In this document: piece by piece, positions 1-10,450 of the stretch
How positions within the stretch are numbered: position 1 is the stretch's first letter
How the letters are laid out: each line of letters begins with the position of its first letter
NCBI GenBank assembly: GCA_022867325.1
Contig: JALHUR010000146.1
Span: 1-45,266, forward strand
Reading direction: 5' to 3'
Source: Candidatus Aminicenantes bacterium
Lineage (GTDB): Bacteria > Acidobacteriota > Aminicenantia > Aminicenantales > JAFGBC01
DNA: 45,266 nt
Notes under the pieces: generated by a model
Databases searched by the model: none
Told to the model about the DNA's origin: nothing
The model's input: only the letters and a program-made list of their open reading frames with translations
Position numbers and translations under genes: made by a program

Positions 1-3000
1 CGCCAGGCCGCCCGCGGCATGAATACAGTAAACCGGAGGGCGGGTTCCTTCCGGTCTGATCGGCACGATCGGGGATGTGGCGACCAGGTAGGGCAAATGG
101 GGCCGGCCGCTCTCGGCCGCCCCCTGCGCCGGTTTGGCCGTTTTACCCGCCAGAATCTCCAGGAGCATGGGCGCCAGACTGCTCACGGACACGCCCGCCG
201 TCAGTTTGCCGTGCGGCAGAGAGACGTCATAGTGCGTTTCGAGACTGGCGACGAGCTCAACGCCCATCAGAGAATCCAGCCCGAGATCGGCAAGCGGGCG
301 ATCGTCGGCGAGCTTGGCGGGCGATGTGCGCAGAACCTTGGCGACGAGCGTCTTGACCTGCTTGGTCAGAATCTCCAGGCGTTCCCCCGCGGGAGCCGCC
401 AGGACCGCTTCCTTTCCCTCGCCCGGGCTCTCTTGTCCCTCCGAGGAAAACTCCTTGATCACCTCGGACAGACTCGGCAAGGCCGCCGACATGGACTTGG
501 AAAACTTCTGCCAGTCCATGTTGATGACGCCCACCTGTCCGCCGCCGGCGTGAATAAGTTGCCCGAGGATCCGCGTCGCCTGGCTCGGTGAGATGCCGAG
601 AATGCCGTCGTGGCTGAGCATGCGCTCCACATCGCCGTGCCGGGCTACGTAGCCGACATCCGCGATGCGACCCCAGTTCACCGTCAGGGCCGGCAATCCG
701 AGCGAGCGGCGATACGCGCAGAGCGCATCGAGGAAGGCGTTGGCCGCCACGTAACTGGATTGCCCGACGTTTCCTATCAAGGTGCTTACCGAGGAGAATG
801 CGACGAAGAAATCCAGGGGCAACCGCTCCGAGCATTTGTGCAGGTTCCACGCTCCCGGCATCTTGGGAGCCGTAACCTTCAGGAAGCGTTCCCGGTTCTG
901 CTGGGCAATCAGGCCGTCATCCAGGACCATGGCCGAATGGACAATGCCGCGCAGTGGAGGCGCCCACGCCCCGATCCCGTCGAACAGGCCTCTCACCTGT
1001 TCTTCTGAGCTGACGTCCACAGCCTCCACGCGGACCTCGGCGCCCGCCGCTTCCAGCCGGCCGACGGCCTCCCGGACTCCCTCGCCCGCATCTCCCGACC
1101 GGCTCGCCAGCACCAGGTGTTTGGCCCCCTGTGCCGCCATCCATTCCGCAACGCTCAAGCCCAGGCCCCTCGTGCCGCCGACAACCAGGTAACTGCCCTT
1201 GGGATTAAAACGTACGGTATCGAACTCAGCGGATTCCGGTTTGACGTCGCCGTCCGGCATGCCGATGACCACCTTTCCCGTGTGTCGGGCCTGCGCCATA
1301 TGGCGAAAAGCGGCGGCAATCTTAGAAACACGGAATGTGCGGTGGGGCAGAGGAGAAAGTTCGCCCGCCTCGAAGCCTTTCAACACATCTTCAAACATGC
1401 GCGCCATAAGGTCCGGCTTGTCGGCCATGACCTGCGCTATATAGATGACGTGCATCGATACGTTGTTACGGAGCGAACGCAGCCCGATGCTGGAGTCGCG
1501 GTAGATGTCCATCTTTCCAAGTTCCAGGAATCGTCCATAGGGCGCCAGACAGTCGAGCCCTTTGGCAATGGCGGTCCCCGCCAGCGAGTTCAGGACTATA
1601 TCGACTCCCCGTCCGTCCGTGGCATCGAGCACCTCATCCGCAAACGCCAGGGATCGCGAGTCCATGACCCGGGCTACACCCAACCCGCGGAGAAAGTCCC
1701 GCTTCTCCGGGCTTCCGGCGGTGGCGAATATCTCCGCGCCCGCCCGTTCCGCAATCTGAATCGCGGCCAGCCCGACGCCGCCGGTCGCCGAGTGAATGAG
1801 CACTTTGTCGCCGGCCTTGATTCGGCCCAGATGGTGAAGGGCGAAATGGGCCGTCAGAAACACGATGGGAATGGTCACGCCTTCAGCGAAGCTCAGCCCG
1901 CGAGGCATTCTCGCCGCGAACGCGGCAGGCATGGTCACGTGCGAAGCCAAGCATCCGGGTCCTATGGCTATAACTTCGTCGCCCTTCTTCAGGTGCTGAA
2001 CACCCTTGCCCACGGCCACGATTCGCCCGGCGCATTCGTCGCCGAGAAGCAGGTCCCGATCACTTTCCATGGGATAAATTCCCAGAGCCTTCATGATGTC
2101 CCGGAAATTGAGCGCCGCGGCCCGCGTTTCAATCTCCACCTGTCCGGCGCCGGGCCGGCGCCGCCGGATGTGGCGTATGGACAGCCGGTCCAACATGCCG
2201 GATGAGGGGCACTCCACCCGATAGGGTAGGATGTTCCCGGCCGGTCGGCGCGCGTACTCGTTCAGCGATGTGCGTGCCACCTTCATGACGTGGCGGCACG
2301 ATCCCCGAAACGCGATCTCGCTTTCGCCGTCCTGCGCGGCGATCTCCTCGATCAACGCCGCGGATTCGTTCTCGTCCGGTTGCGGAGGAAGATCGATCAT
2401 CCGGCAGAGCGCGTGGGGACGTTCGTTGACGACCACGCGGCCCATACCCCACAGCGGAGCCTGTGCCACCGAGACGGTCTCGCCTTCCTCCACGGCCACG
2501 GCCCCGCGCGTGATCAGGCAGAGCCGCGGCCTGGGAACGTCGGCCCGGCGCTCCGTCAAGGCCTGGACGAGGTGCATGACGCAGTGGCACCCGAGCGTTT
2601 CCGCTTCCCGCAGCAAGGGGCTTGTGAGATCCTGCGGCGCCGCGGCGTCCAGGCTCCAGAAATGCAGAATCCCATCGAGCGGCGGGCCGCTGGCATAGAT
2701 GGAGCAGATGAGCCCGTGCATGTCTTCGGCGGCTTCCGGCCTTATGGTGAACGCGCTTCCATCCGATCCATCAAACGCGCTGCCTGCCCGAACGCGGATA
2801 ACGCCGCAGCCGCTCTGCTCGAGCCGCGCCGCGACCCGCGCCGCGACGCCGCTTCGATCTTCGAACACCAGCCATCGCCCCCTCACGGCCGCCGTTCCCG
2901 TCAAACGCGCCGCCGGCTTCCCGTCCGAGCGCGGCGTCCCCGGCCCCGCCACATACAGCGCCACGCCCGGCTCCTCCGAGCGGCGGACACCGCTGAGGCA

Positions 3001-6000
3001 TTCCACGGACGGGAATCCCGTCGCGCGCAGCACGCGCCGCCACTGTTCTCGTCCCAGATTCGGGCCGCTATCGTCCCGGTATTCGTCTTGATATCGCCAC
3101 CAGCCTTCGGTCAGACCGAAGACCAGATCGGCCCAGCGCGGAGCCTTCTCGAGCTCCATCAACACCAGGAGCCCCGAAGGCGTCAGCAGTTCTCGAACGT
3201 GTCGCAAAGTCTCATTCAGGTCGCGGGTGGCGTGCAGAACGTTCGCGGCGATCACGATGTCAAACGAGCGGGGAGGGATGTCCTGCTCGGCCGGCCGTTT
3301 CTCGATGTCCAGGACCCGGTACTTCACGAACGGATAATCGAAGAACTTCTTCTCGGCGTGGTCGAAAAATGTGGGCGAGATATCCGTGAAGACGTACTCC
3401 GTGCGAGCGGGCTCGAGGCGGGGAAGCACAAAGCTGGTCGTCCCTCCCGTACCGGCGCCGATCTCCAGGATACGCACATTTTGCGCGGCCGGCACGTGTC
3501 CCGCGGCGGCGGCCACGGCATCCGCCGCGAGACCGTTCGCCTCCCGGTCCCACAACGAATCCTGATAGAGATGCTCGGCCGTATCCATCGTTCCGCGCGG
3601 GAAGATCAGGTTCAGGGCGTTCTCCTTGCCTCGGAGGATCGAGGGGAGATTCTCGCCGCATCGGCGCAGAAGCGTCAGTTCGGCCTGGCACATGGGCAGG
3701 CGGCGCAGCAACTCGCGCCACAGCGCCCGAGGCTGAACGGCTTCCGGCTCCGACCGGACGGTCCATTGGCCGCTCGTCTCTTCCAGCAAGCCCCGTTCTT
3801 TCATGAAGCGCAGGTACAGGCCAAAGACCTTGTCGTGCTGCGGAGCCACGCGCAGCGACTTCGCCAATTCCCCCGCCTTGACTCGCTCGCCTCTTTTTAT
3901 CGGCCACCCCATTTGCCTGCACGCGCCGGATATGTAGAGCAGACACAGCCTGTCTATTGTTTCACTGCATGCCAAGTAGCGGTCCAACTCCAGGCGTTCT
4001 TCTTCCGCTCGGGGTCGTGACCGGCGACGCATCTTGTTCATAACGTCGCGAGGCTCGGGCATCGCCCGCGCACTCTCCGCTTCTTCGCGTCCGGGCCGAG
4101 GGACTGCCTTCCACCGGACTCGATAGAGCCAGTGCTGAGCCGGGCTGGACGTATCCGCAGCCGCGCGCGACACGAGCTGACAGCGGAACCCGCGGATCTC
4201 CATCAGCGCGCGGCCGTCTTCGGCGCAGACCACCACGTCCCCGACGAGCGTGCGAGCGCCCAGCGCCGTGAGGCGGGTGTGGCTCCAGACCTCCGGCGGC
4301 AGTCGATTAAAGAGGCGCGCGCGGGCGACGTGCACGGGGAGAAACAGCTCTCCGCCCCAGCGTTCTTCGGGCAGGGCGGCGGACAGGACCTGCAGGCACC
4401 CGTCCAGCACGACAGGATGGGCCAGGTAGCCTGTGAGGGAATCCCTCACGCCCTCAGGAAGGATCACCCGCCCGAGTGCCTCGCGGTTCCCGCGCCACAC
4501 CGCGCGGACAGCGCGGAATGCCTCTCCGAACTCGAGGCCGGCGGCAGCGAACCGAGCATAGGGGTCCATTTTTTCCGTCTGTTCCGTCAACCGTGCGCGT
4601 AACTTGGCCAGATTCAGTCGTGGCGGATCGATCGCCTGGCCCGAGCCTCGAAGATAGCCCGCGGCGTTGCGGTCCCAGCCTTCCGATGACTCTGAGGCGC
4701 GGCTCGTGATGACGAATCGGGCCGTGTCGGGTGCGTATCGAAACTGCGCCAGAGCCGCGTCGCCGCGCTGGGGAAGAACCAGCGCTTTTGCGATGTCCAG
4801 TTCCTCGACAACCACGGGAAAACGCCCGAAGATCGCGTTCCCTGCGCCCAGGGCCATTTCGATATATCCCGCGGCGGGGAATATCGTGTGGCCCTGTACC
4901 ACATGGTCCTTCAGGTACGGCAGAAGCTTCGTGTCGAGCCTCGATTGCCAGGAGGGCTCGGCCGTGTGCAGGTCGAACATGAGAAGCGGGTGCGCCGGAG
5001 CCTCCGTGCGGGCCTTCCGGCTTTCCGCCGGCTCGATCCAATACGATTCGGACTGCCAGGCGTAGGTCGGCAGACGGACGGTCCGGCAGCCGGCGCGGAA
5101 GAGTTTCTCCCATGTCACCTGCGCGCCTTGCGCGTGAAGCGCTCCCGCAAGGCCCAGCAGCGCGGCCTTTTCCGGTCTATTCTTCATCAAGGTCGGCAGA
5201 ACCGTTATCTTCCGGCCGCGGGCCGAGGCGGTCTCCATGATTGGGCGGCTCAACACGGGCTGGGGACTGATCTCAACGAAAAGGTTATGGCCTCCTTCCA
5301 GAAGCGTCTCGATCACGGGGCCGAAGCACACCGTCTGCCTGACGTTGCGCCACCAGTATTCAGCCCCGTAATCTTCCCGGCCGGCCGGCCCTCCCGTCAC
5401 GGTCGAGAAGATCGGAACCGTGGCGCCTCGAGTGGCGACCTTGCCCAGGGCCTGAAGCAGATTATTCTGCACCGAATCCATCTGGTGACTGTGGAAGGCG
5501 TACTTGACGTCGAGGAAACGGACGAAAATCTCCCTGGACTTGAGTTCGGCTGCGACTTCCTCGAGCACGTCCTTGTCCCCCGACAGAGTGACGGACTGGG
5601 AGCTGTTGAGAGCGCCGACACTGATCCGTCCGTCAAACCGTTGGATGAGAGCCGCGGCCTCATCCCGCGAGAGTCCCGCGGCCAGCATCGTCCCGCTGTG
5701 GTCGGAAGCCAGATCCATGCAGCGTCCCCGGTGATAGATCACACGGGCCGCCTCCCGCAGGCTCAACACGCCCGCGACGTGCGCGGCTGCCACCTCGCCG
5801 ACACTATGTCCGACGACTGCCGCCGGGACAATGCCCCACGACTTCAGCAGCTCCGCCAGTGCGACCTGGATCGCGAAAATGGAGGGCTGCGCAATGACGG
5901 TGACATCCATCCTTGAATCGTCCTTGCCGCGCCCGAGCTCCTCTATGATGGACCAGTCTCCGATCTCCCGTACGAACCGGTCGCAGGCCTGGATGGTTCG

Positions 6001-7689
6001 CCGGAAAACCCGCTCGCTTTCTAGGAGTTCGGCGCCCATGTTCCACCACTGCGGTCCTTGCCCCGAGAAAACGAATACCGGCCCCTTACCCGGCAGGCTG
6101 CCGGCCTTGCCCGACGTCAGACCCGGACGCCGTTCGTCCCTATAAAAAGCAACCAGTTGCTCGCAGATCTCCTTGTTGCTCGCGCCCACCACGCAAAGCC
6201 GGTGCGGATGGTGTGTTCGACGAGTGGCCGCCGTGTACCCTATCGATTCCGTGTCGGCTTCAGCGGTATCCGCGGACAGAAACGCGTGATACCTTGCCGC
6301 TTGGGCTTTCAGGGCCTGCTCGGTCTTTGCCGATAGGACCAGCGGCACGGCACGTCCGCGCTCCGTACAACGGTCGTGCCGGCGTTTCCGGACGGGCGGC
6401 AGGGCTTGCAGCAGGGCGTGCGCGTTGGTGCCCCCGAATCCAAAGGAGTTGACACAGGCGAGCATCTGCTCGCACGGTACAGGCTCGAGTGAGGTCGGCA
6501 CGCGGATTTTCAGCCTCTCGAAATCAATATTGGGATTCGGCGTTACGAAATGCAGATTCGGCGGTATCCGGCCGTGGTGCAGGATCAGCGCCAGTTTGAT
6601 CAGACCGGCCACACCAGCGCCCGCCTCCAGGTGCCCGATGTTGGTCTTGACTGAGCCGACCGGGCACGGCTCGGCGAGGGGCCGCCCTTCGCCGAGGACC
6701 GTGCCCAGCGCGTTTGCCTCTATGGGGTCGCCCACGGGCGTGCCGGTGCCGTGCGCTTCCACGTAGCGGATCGCGGCAGGCTGGATGCCGGCCTGAGCGC
6801 ACGCCTGGCGAATGATCGCCATCTGTGCTTCGCCGTTCGGGACCGTGATGCCCGGCGTCCGGCCGTCCTGGTTGAGCGCCGTACTGAGAATCACCGCGTA
6901 GATGCGATCCCGGTCGGCCAGCGCGTCGGAAAGCCGCTTCAGCGCCACGACACCCGTGCCCTCACCCCGCACGAAGCCGTTGGCCCGCGCGTCAAACGTC
7001 TTGCAGGCGTTATCCGGCGCAATCATGCCCATCCGGCTGAAGGACACATAGGGCAGGGGACTGATCAAGGCGTTGACACCCCCGACCAGGGCGAATTCGC
7101 ACTCGTTGTTCGCGAGACTGCGGCAGGCGGCATGCAGAGCGACAAGCGAGGACGAACAGGCGGTGTCTATCGCAAAGCTCGGGCCCGAGAAGTTGAACGC
7201 GTGTGATATCCGGTTCGCGGCAATGCTGATGGCTACACCCGTTACCGAGTATACGTCCCCCGGCGGCAGATCCGAGTGGATGAGCTGCAGGTTCGCGTAG
7301 TCGGTTGTTGAGATGCCGACGAAGACTCCTGCGGGATAATCTCGATGGGGATCCACCACGATGCCGGCGTCCTCGATCGCCTCCCAGACCGCATGCAGAA
7401 GCAGACGCTGCTGCGGATCCATAGAGGCCGCTTCGCGCGGCGAAATCCCGAAAAAGTCCGCATCGAACGCGGCGATCCCTTCGATGAAGCCGCCCCACTT
7501 GGAGACGGATTTCCCAGGCTTGCCCGGCGTGGGATCATAATACTTGTCGATATTCCACCGATCAGGCGGAATCTCCGTGATCGCGTCCACCCCGTCGCAG
7601 AGGTTCTTCCAGAATGCCTCAGGGGTATTGGCTCTGCCGGGAAAACGGCATCCGATTCCTATAATCGCTGTCGGTTCCGGCTTCTTCAT
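1..7689 (-). CDS. Type I polyketide synthase, FAS-like fully reducing module KS-AT-DH-cMT-ER-KR-ACP-(TE start); C-terminus runs off the left window edge
   Basis: The minus-strand frame is open from ATG 7689-7687 down to position 1. It has no stop, so it is not in the ORF track, and no track ORF uses this frame. Hand translation starts MKKPEPTAIIGIGCRFPG. Motifs: KS IDTACSSSLV (Cys 7156-7158); AT GHSVGE (Ser 5803-5805) and YAFHS; DH HVVQGHTIFP (4876-4905); SAM motif ILEIGAGTGG (3442-3471); ER HSATGGVG (~1765-1800); KR VVGGTRGLG (~1156-1190); ACP LGLDSLMG (Ser 271-273); then PVYCIHAAGG, a thioesterase-like start, at ~1-60. Confidence 0.9.
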   Translation of the reverse strand, partial: MKKPEPTAIIGIGCRFPGRANTPEAFWKNLCDGVDAITEIPPDRWNIDKYYDPTPGKPGKSVSKWGGFIEGIAAFDADFFGISPREAASMDPQQRLLLHAVWEAIEDAGIVVDPHRDYPAGVFVGISTTDYANLQLIHSDLPPGDVYSVTGVAISIAANRISHAFNFSGPSFAIDTACSSSLVALHAACRSLANNECEFALVGGVNALISPLPYVSFSRMGMIAPDNACKTFDARANGFVRGEGTGVVALKRLSDALADRDRIYAVILSTALNQDGRTPGITVPNGEAQMAIIRQACAQAGIQPAAIRYVEAHGTGTPVGDPIEANALGTVLGEGRPLAEPCPVGSVKTNIGHLEAGAGVAGLIKLALILHHGRIPPNLHFVTPNPNIDFERLKIRVPTSLEPVPCEQMLACVNSFGFGGTNAHALLQALPPVRKRRHDRCTERGRAVPLVLSAKTEQALKAQAARYHAFLSADTAEADTESIGYTAATRRTHHPHRLCVVGASNKEICEQLVAFYRDERRPGLTSGKAGSLPGKGPVFVFSGQGPQWWNMGAELLESERVFRRTIQACDRFVREIGDWSIIEELGRGKDDSRMDVTVIAQPSIFAIQVALAELLKSWGIVPAAVVGHSVGEVAAAHVAGVLSLREAARVIYHRGRCMDLASDHSGTMLAAGLSRDEAAALIQRFDGRISVGALNSSQSVTLSGDKDVLEEVAAELKSREIFVRFLDVKYAFHSHQMDSVQNNLLQALGKVATRGATVPIFSTVTGGPAGREDYGAEYWWRNVRQTVCFGPVIETLLEGGHNLFVEISPQPVLSRPIMETASARGRKITVLPTLMKNRPEKAALLGLAGALHAQGAQVTWEKLFRAGCRTVRLPTYAWQSESYWIEPAESRKARTEAPAHPLLMFDLHTAEPSWQSRLDTKLLPYLKDHVVQGHTIFPAAGYIEMALGAGNAIFGRFPVVVEELDIAKALVLPQRGDAALAQFRYAPDTARFVITSRASESSEGWDRNAAGYLRGSGQAIDPPRLNLAKLRARLTEQTEKMDPYARFAAAGLEFGEAFRAVRAVWRGNREALGRVILPEGVRDSLTGYLAHPVVLDGCLQVLSAALPEERWGGELFLPVHVARARLFNRLPPEVWSHTRLTALGARTLVGDVVVCAEDGRALMEIRGFRCQLVSRAAADTSSPAQHWLYRVRWKAVPRPGREEAESARAMPEPRDVMNKMRRRSRPRAEEERLELDRYLACSETIDRLCLLYISGACRQMGWPIKRGERVKAGELAKSLRVAPQHDKVFGLYLRFMKERGLLEETSGQWTVRSEPEAVQPRALWRELLRRLPMCQAELTLLRRCGENLPSILRGKENALNLIFPRGTMDTAEHLYQDSLWDREANGLAADAVAAAAGHVPAAQNVRILEIGAGTGGTTSFVLPRLEPARTEYVFTDISPTFFDHAEKKFFDYPFVKYRVLDIEKRPAEQDIPPRSFDIVIAANVLHATRDLNETLRHVRELLTPSGLLVLMELEKAPRWADLVFGLTEGWWRYQDEYRDDSGPNLGREQWRRVLRATGFPSVECLSGVRRSEEPGVALYVAGPGTPRSDGKPAARLTGTAAVRGRWLVFEDRSGVAARVAARLEQSGCGVIRVRAGSAFDGSDGSAFTIRPEAAEDMHGLICSIYASGPPLDGILHFWSLDAAAPQDLTSPLLREAETLGCHCVMHLVQALTERRADVPRPRLCLITRGAVAVEEGETVSVAQAPLWGMGRVVVNERPHALCRMIDLPPQPDENESAALIEEIAAQDGESEIAFRGSCRHVMKVARTSLNEYARRPAGNILPYRVECPSSGMLDRLSIRHIRRRRPGAGQVEIETRAAALNFRDIMKALGIYPMESDRDLLLGDECAGRIVAVGKGVQHLKKGDEVIAIGPGCLASHVTMPAAFAARMPRGLSFAEGVTIPIVFLTAHFALHHLGRIKAGDKVLIHSATGGVGLAAIQIAERAGAEIFATAGSPEKRDFLRGLGVARVMDSRSLAFADEVLDATDGRGVDIVLNSLAGTAIAKGLDCLAPYGRFLELGKMDIYRDSSIGLRSLRNNVSMHVIYIAQVMADKPDLMARMFEDVLKGFEAGELSPLPHRTFRVSKIAAAFRHMAQARHTGKVVIGMPDGDVKPESAEFDTVRFNPKGSYLVVGGTRGLGLSVAEWMAAQGAKHLVLASRSGDAGEGVREAVGRLEAAGAEVRVEAVDVSSEEQVRGLFDGIGAWAPPLRGIVHSAMVLDDGLIAQQNRERFLKVTAPKMPGAWNLHKCSERLPLDFFVAFSSVSTLIGNVGQSSYVAANAFLDALCAYRRSLGLPALTVNWGRIADVGYVARHGDVERMLSHDGILGISPSQATRILGQLIHAGGGQVGVINMDWQKFSKSMSAALPSLSEVIKEFSSEGQESPGEGKEAVLAAPAGERLEILTKQVKTLVAKVLRTSPAKLADDRPLADLGLDSLMGVELVASLETHYDVSLPHGKLTAGVSVSSLAPMLLEILAGKTAKPAQGAAESGRPHLPYLVATSPIVPIRPEGTRPPVYCIHAAGGLA

Positions 7690-7732
7690 TTCAATCTCAG
7701 AGACTCCCGTTCCGCGGGACTAGAACGAGTCT

Positions 7733-10408
7733 TTACTTAGCCTCGTCCCAGTGCGAGCCCCAGCCGAGATGGACCTTGAGGGGGACTTCGAGCGGGGCGA
7801 CGTTTTCCATGCGATCACGGACGATGGGCTCCAGGGCCGTCCGCTCCCCCTCGGGGACCTCGAAGACGAGCTCGTCGTGAACCTGGAGGATCATCCGCGA
7901 CTTGAGCTTGTTGTCGCGAAGGGCGCGCCAAATCTCGACCATGGCCTTCTTCATGAGGTCGGCGGCCGTCCCTTGGATGGGCGTATTGAGGGCGATCCGG
8001 CGGCCGGCCTGCTGGGCGATCTTGTTGTCCTGGCGCAGCTCCGGGACCTGGCGCTGCCGGCCGAAGAGCGTCTCGGAATAGCCGCGCTCCTCGGCGTCCC
8101 GGACAATGGTCTCCAGGAAATCCCGGACGCCCGGATACTCCTCGAAGTAGCGATCGATGAATTTTTGGGCCTCGGCGGGTGTCGTACCCAGCTCCCGGGC
8201 CAGCGAGAACCCCCCCGCGCCGTAGATGATGCTGAAGTTGATGACCTTGGCCCGGCGCCGCATGTCGTCGGGAAAGAGGGAGGCCTCGTTTCCGAACACC
8301 CGCTTGGCCGTCTCGGCGTGGATGTCCCGGTCCTTGAGGAAAATCTCGACCAGGGCCGGGTCCTTGGAGAGGTGGGCGAGCACCCTGAGCTCGATCTGGG
8401 AATAATCGGCGGCGAGGAGGAGATTTCCTTTCTCGGCGATGAAGGCTTGGCGGAAGCGCCGTCCCATCTCGCCCCGGATCGGGATGTTCTGGAGATTGGG
8501 CGCGCTTGACGACAGCCGGCCGGTGGCCGTGACGGTCTGGTTGTAGGACGTGTGGATCCGCCCCGTCCGCGGGTTGACGAGCTCCACCAGGGCGTCGGCA
8601 TAGGTCGACTTGAGCTTGGAGAGCTGACGGTACTCGAGGACCTGGCCGACGAGCGGATGAAGGGGGGCGAGCTCCTGGAGGGTCTCCAGGGACGTCGAGA
8701 AGCTCTTGGTCGCCTTCGTCTTCCGCGAGGCGGGCAGGTTGAGCTTGCTGAAAAGGACCTCGGCCAGTTGCCGGGGCGAGTTGATGTTAAAGACGACGCC
8801 GGCCAGCTCGTGGATCCGGGCCGTCAGCCGTTCCAGGTCCTTGCCGAGCTCCCGGGAGAGCGCCTTCAAGGCGCGGCCGTCGACCTTGACTCCGGCCATC
8901 TCCATGTCGGCCAGGATCCGGATCAGGGGCTTTTCGATGTCGAGATAAAGCCGGTCGAGCTTCTTGGCCTCGACCCGGGGCCAGAGGACGTCCCTCAGGC
9001 GGAGGGCGATGTCCGCGTCCTGGCAGGAATAGGCCGTGACGGCCTCGATCGGGACTTTGTCCAGCGTCGTCGCGGATTTCCCTTTACCGGCGATGTCTTT
9101 GTAGGGCGTTTTCGTTTCCTGGAGATAGTGGGCGGCCAGGCGCTCCAAGTTGTGCTTGCCCCAGTTGGGCTCCAGGAGATAGGAGAGGACCATCGTGTCG
9201 CTTTCGATCCCGTCGAGGCCGATTCCCTCCCCGGCCAGGACGACGGCGTCGTACTTAATGTTCTGGCCGGTCTTCTTGACGGCCGCGTCCTCGAGAACCC
9301 CGCGCAGGGCGTCGAGGGCGGCCCGCTTGGGGATCTGGGCGGGGGCATTCGGGTAGTCGTGTCCGAGCGGAAGGTAAAAGGCCTCATCGGGCTCGAGCGC
9401 GAACGAAATCCCGACCAGCTTGGCCAAGGTGGGATCGGGACTGTCGGTCTCGGTGTCGATGGAGACGGCCGCTGTTTTCTTGATTCGGCCGATGAGCTTC
9501 TTGAGCTCCGCCATGTCCAGGATGGCCGCGTAGCGGGTCTTGCGCTTCTCGATGTCCCGGCCGTATTCGGAGGCCAGGGTTGTGAATTCGAGCTCGCGGA
9601 ACAAGCGCAGCAAGGCTTGGGCGTCCGGCGCGGAAACGACGAAGTCGTCGAGGGCGAAGGAGACATCGAGGTCGGTCCGGATGGTCACCAGCTCCCGGCT
9701 CATCTTGAGGAGCTCCAGGCTTTCGCCGATTTTTTCCTTGAGGCGGGGGTTCCGGAGCTTATCCAGATCCTTAAGGAGAGCGTCGAGCGACCCGTGCTCT
9801 TCGATGAGACGCTTGGCCGTTTTCTCGCCGACTCCCGGGACGCCGGGCACGTTGTCCGAGGGATCGCCCCAGAGGGAAAGGACGTCCACGACCTTGGAGG
9901 GCGGTGCGCCGAAGAACTCGCGGACGCCCGCCTCGTCGAGGCGGATCTCCTTGGACGGATTGTAAACGGAGACCAACGGTTCGACAAGCTGGAGCAGGTC
10001 CTTGTCGGTCGAAACGATGACCGTGGGGATTTTCTTCAAGGCGGCCCGGACGGCCAGCGTTCCCAGGACGTCGTCCGCCTCGAACCCTTCGGACTCCCGG
10101 ACGGGTATTCGCATCGCCCCCAGGATTTCCTTGAGCTTGGGGATCTGGCGGACGAGGTCGTCGGGCATGGGTTTCCGATGGGCCTTGTACTTTTTATAGA
10201 CCGCATGCCGGATGGTCGGTCCCTTGGTGTCGAAGACGACCCCCAGGTAGCGGGGGCTCTCATCCCCCACGATCTTGCGGAGGGTCATCAGGAACCCGTA
10301 GATGGCGTTGGTCGGAAAGCCGTCCGAGGTCGAGAGCCGCTGGATGGCGTAGAACGAACGGTAGAGGAGGGAATTCCCGTCGATCAGGACGAGCCGGTCT
10401 TCGCTCAT
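7733..10408 (-). CDS. polA: DNA polymerase I
   Basis: 891-aa ORF. It has an N-terminal 5'-3' exonuclease region (LVLIDGNSLLYRSFYA) and family A polymerase motifs DYSQIELRVLAH, RRRAKVINFSIIYG and QVHDELVFE. Confidence 0.97.
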   Translation of the reverse strand: MSEDRLVLIDGNSLLYRSFYAIQRLSTSDGFPTNAIYGFLMTLRKIVGDESPRYLGVVFDTKGPTIRHAVYKKYKAHRKPMPDDLVRQIPKLKEILGAMRIPVRESEGFEADDVLGTLAVRAALKKIPTVIVSTDKDLLQLVEPLVSVYNPSKEIRLDEAGVREFFGAPPSKVVDVLSLWGDPSDNVPGVPGVGEKTAKRLIEEHGSLDALLKDLDKLRNPRLKEKIGESLELLKMSRELVTIRTDLDVSFALDDFVVSAPDAQALLRLFRELEFTTLASEYGRDIEKRKTRYAAILDMAELKKLIGRIKKTAAVSIDTETDSPDPTLAKLVGISFALEPDEAFYLPLGHDYPNAPAQIPKRAALDALRGVLEDAAVKKTGQNIKYDAVVLAGEGIGLDGIESDTMVLSYLLEPNWGKHNLERLAAHYLQETKTPYKDIAGKGKSATTLDKVPIEAVTAYSCQDADIALRLRDVLWPRVEAKKLDRLYLDIEKPLIRILADMEMAGVKVDGRALKALSRELGKDLERLTARIHELAGVVFNINSPRQLAEVLFSKLNLPASRKTKATKSFSTSLETLQELAPLHPLVGQVLEYRQLSKLKSTYADALVELVNPRTGRIHTSYNQTVTATGRLSSSAPNLQNIPIRGEMGRRFRQAFIAEKGNLLLAADYSQIELRVLAHLSKDPALVEIFLKDRDIHAETAKRVFGNEASLFPDDMRRRAKVINFSIIYGAGGFSLARELGTTPAEAQKFIDRYFEEYPGVRDFLETIVRDAEERGYSETLFGRQRQVPELRQDNKIAQQAGRRIALNTPIQGTAADLMKKAMVEIWRALRDNKLKSRMILQVHDELVFEVPEGERTALEPIVRDRMENVAPLEVPLKVHLGWGSHWDEAK

Positions 10409-10450
10409 GGAAGCAGGGCCGGACCCCTCGGCGCGAGACCGGAAATTGTC

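Noticed and set aside
1117-5916. Plus-strand ORFs 1117..2205, 2290..4020 and 4888..5916, and the many short ORFs across 1-7700
   Set aside because: All lie opposite to, or out of frame with, the continuous minus-strand PKS frame whose catalytic motifs I could read directly. Their products are Arg/Pro/Gly-rich.
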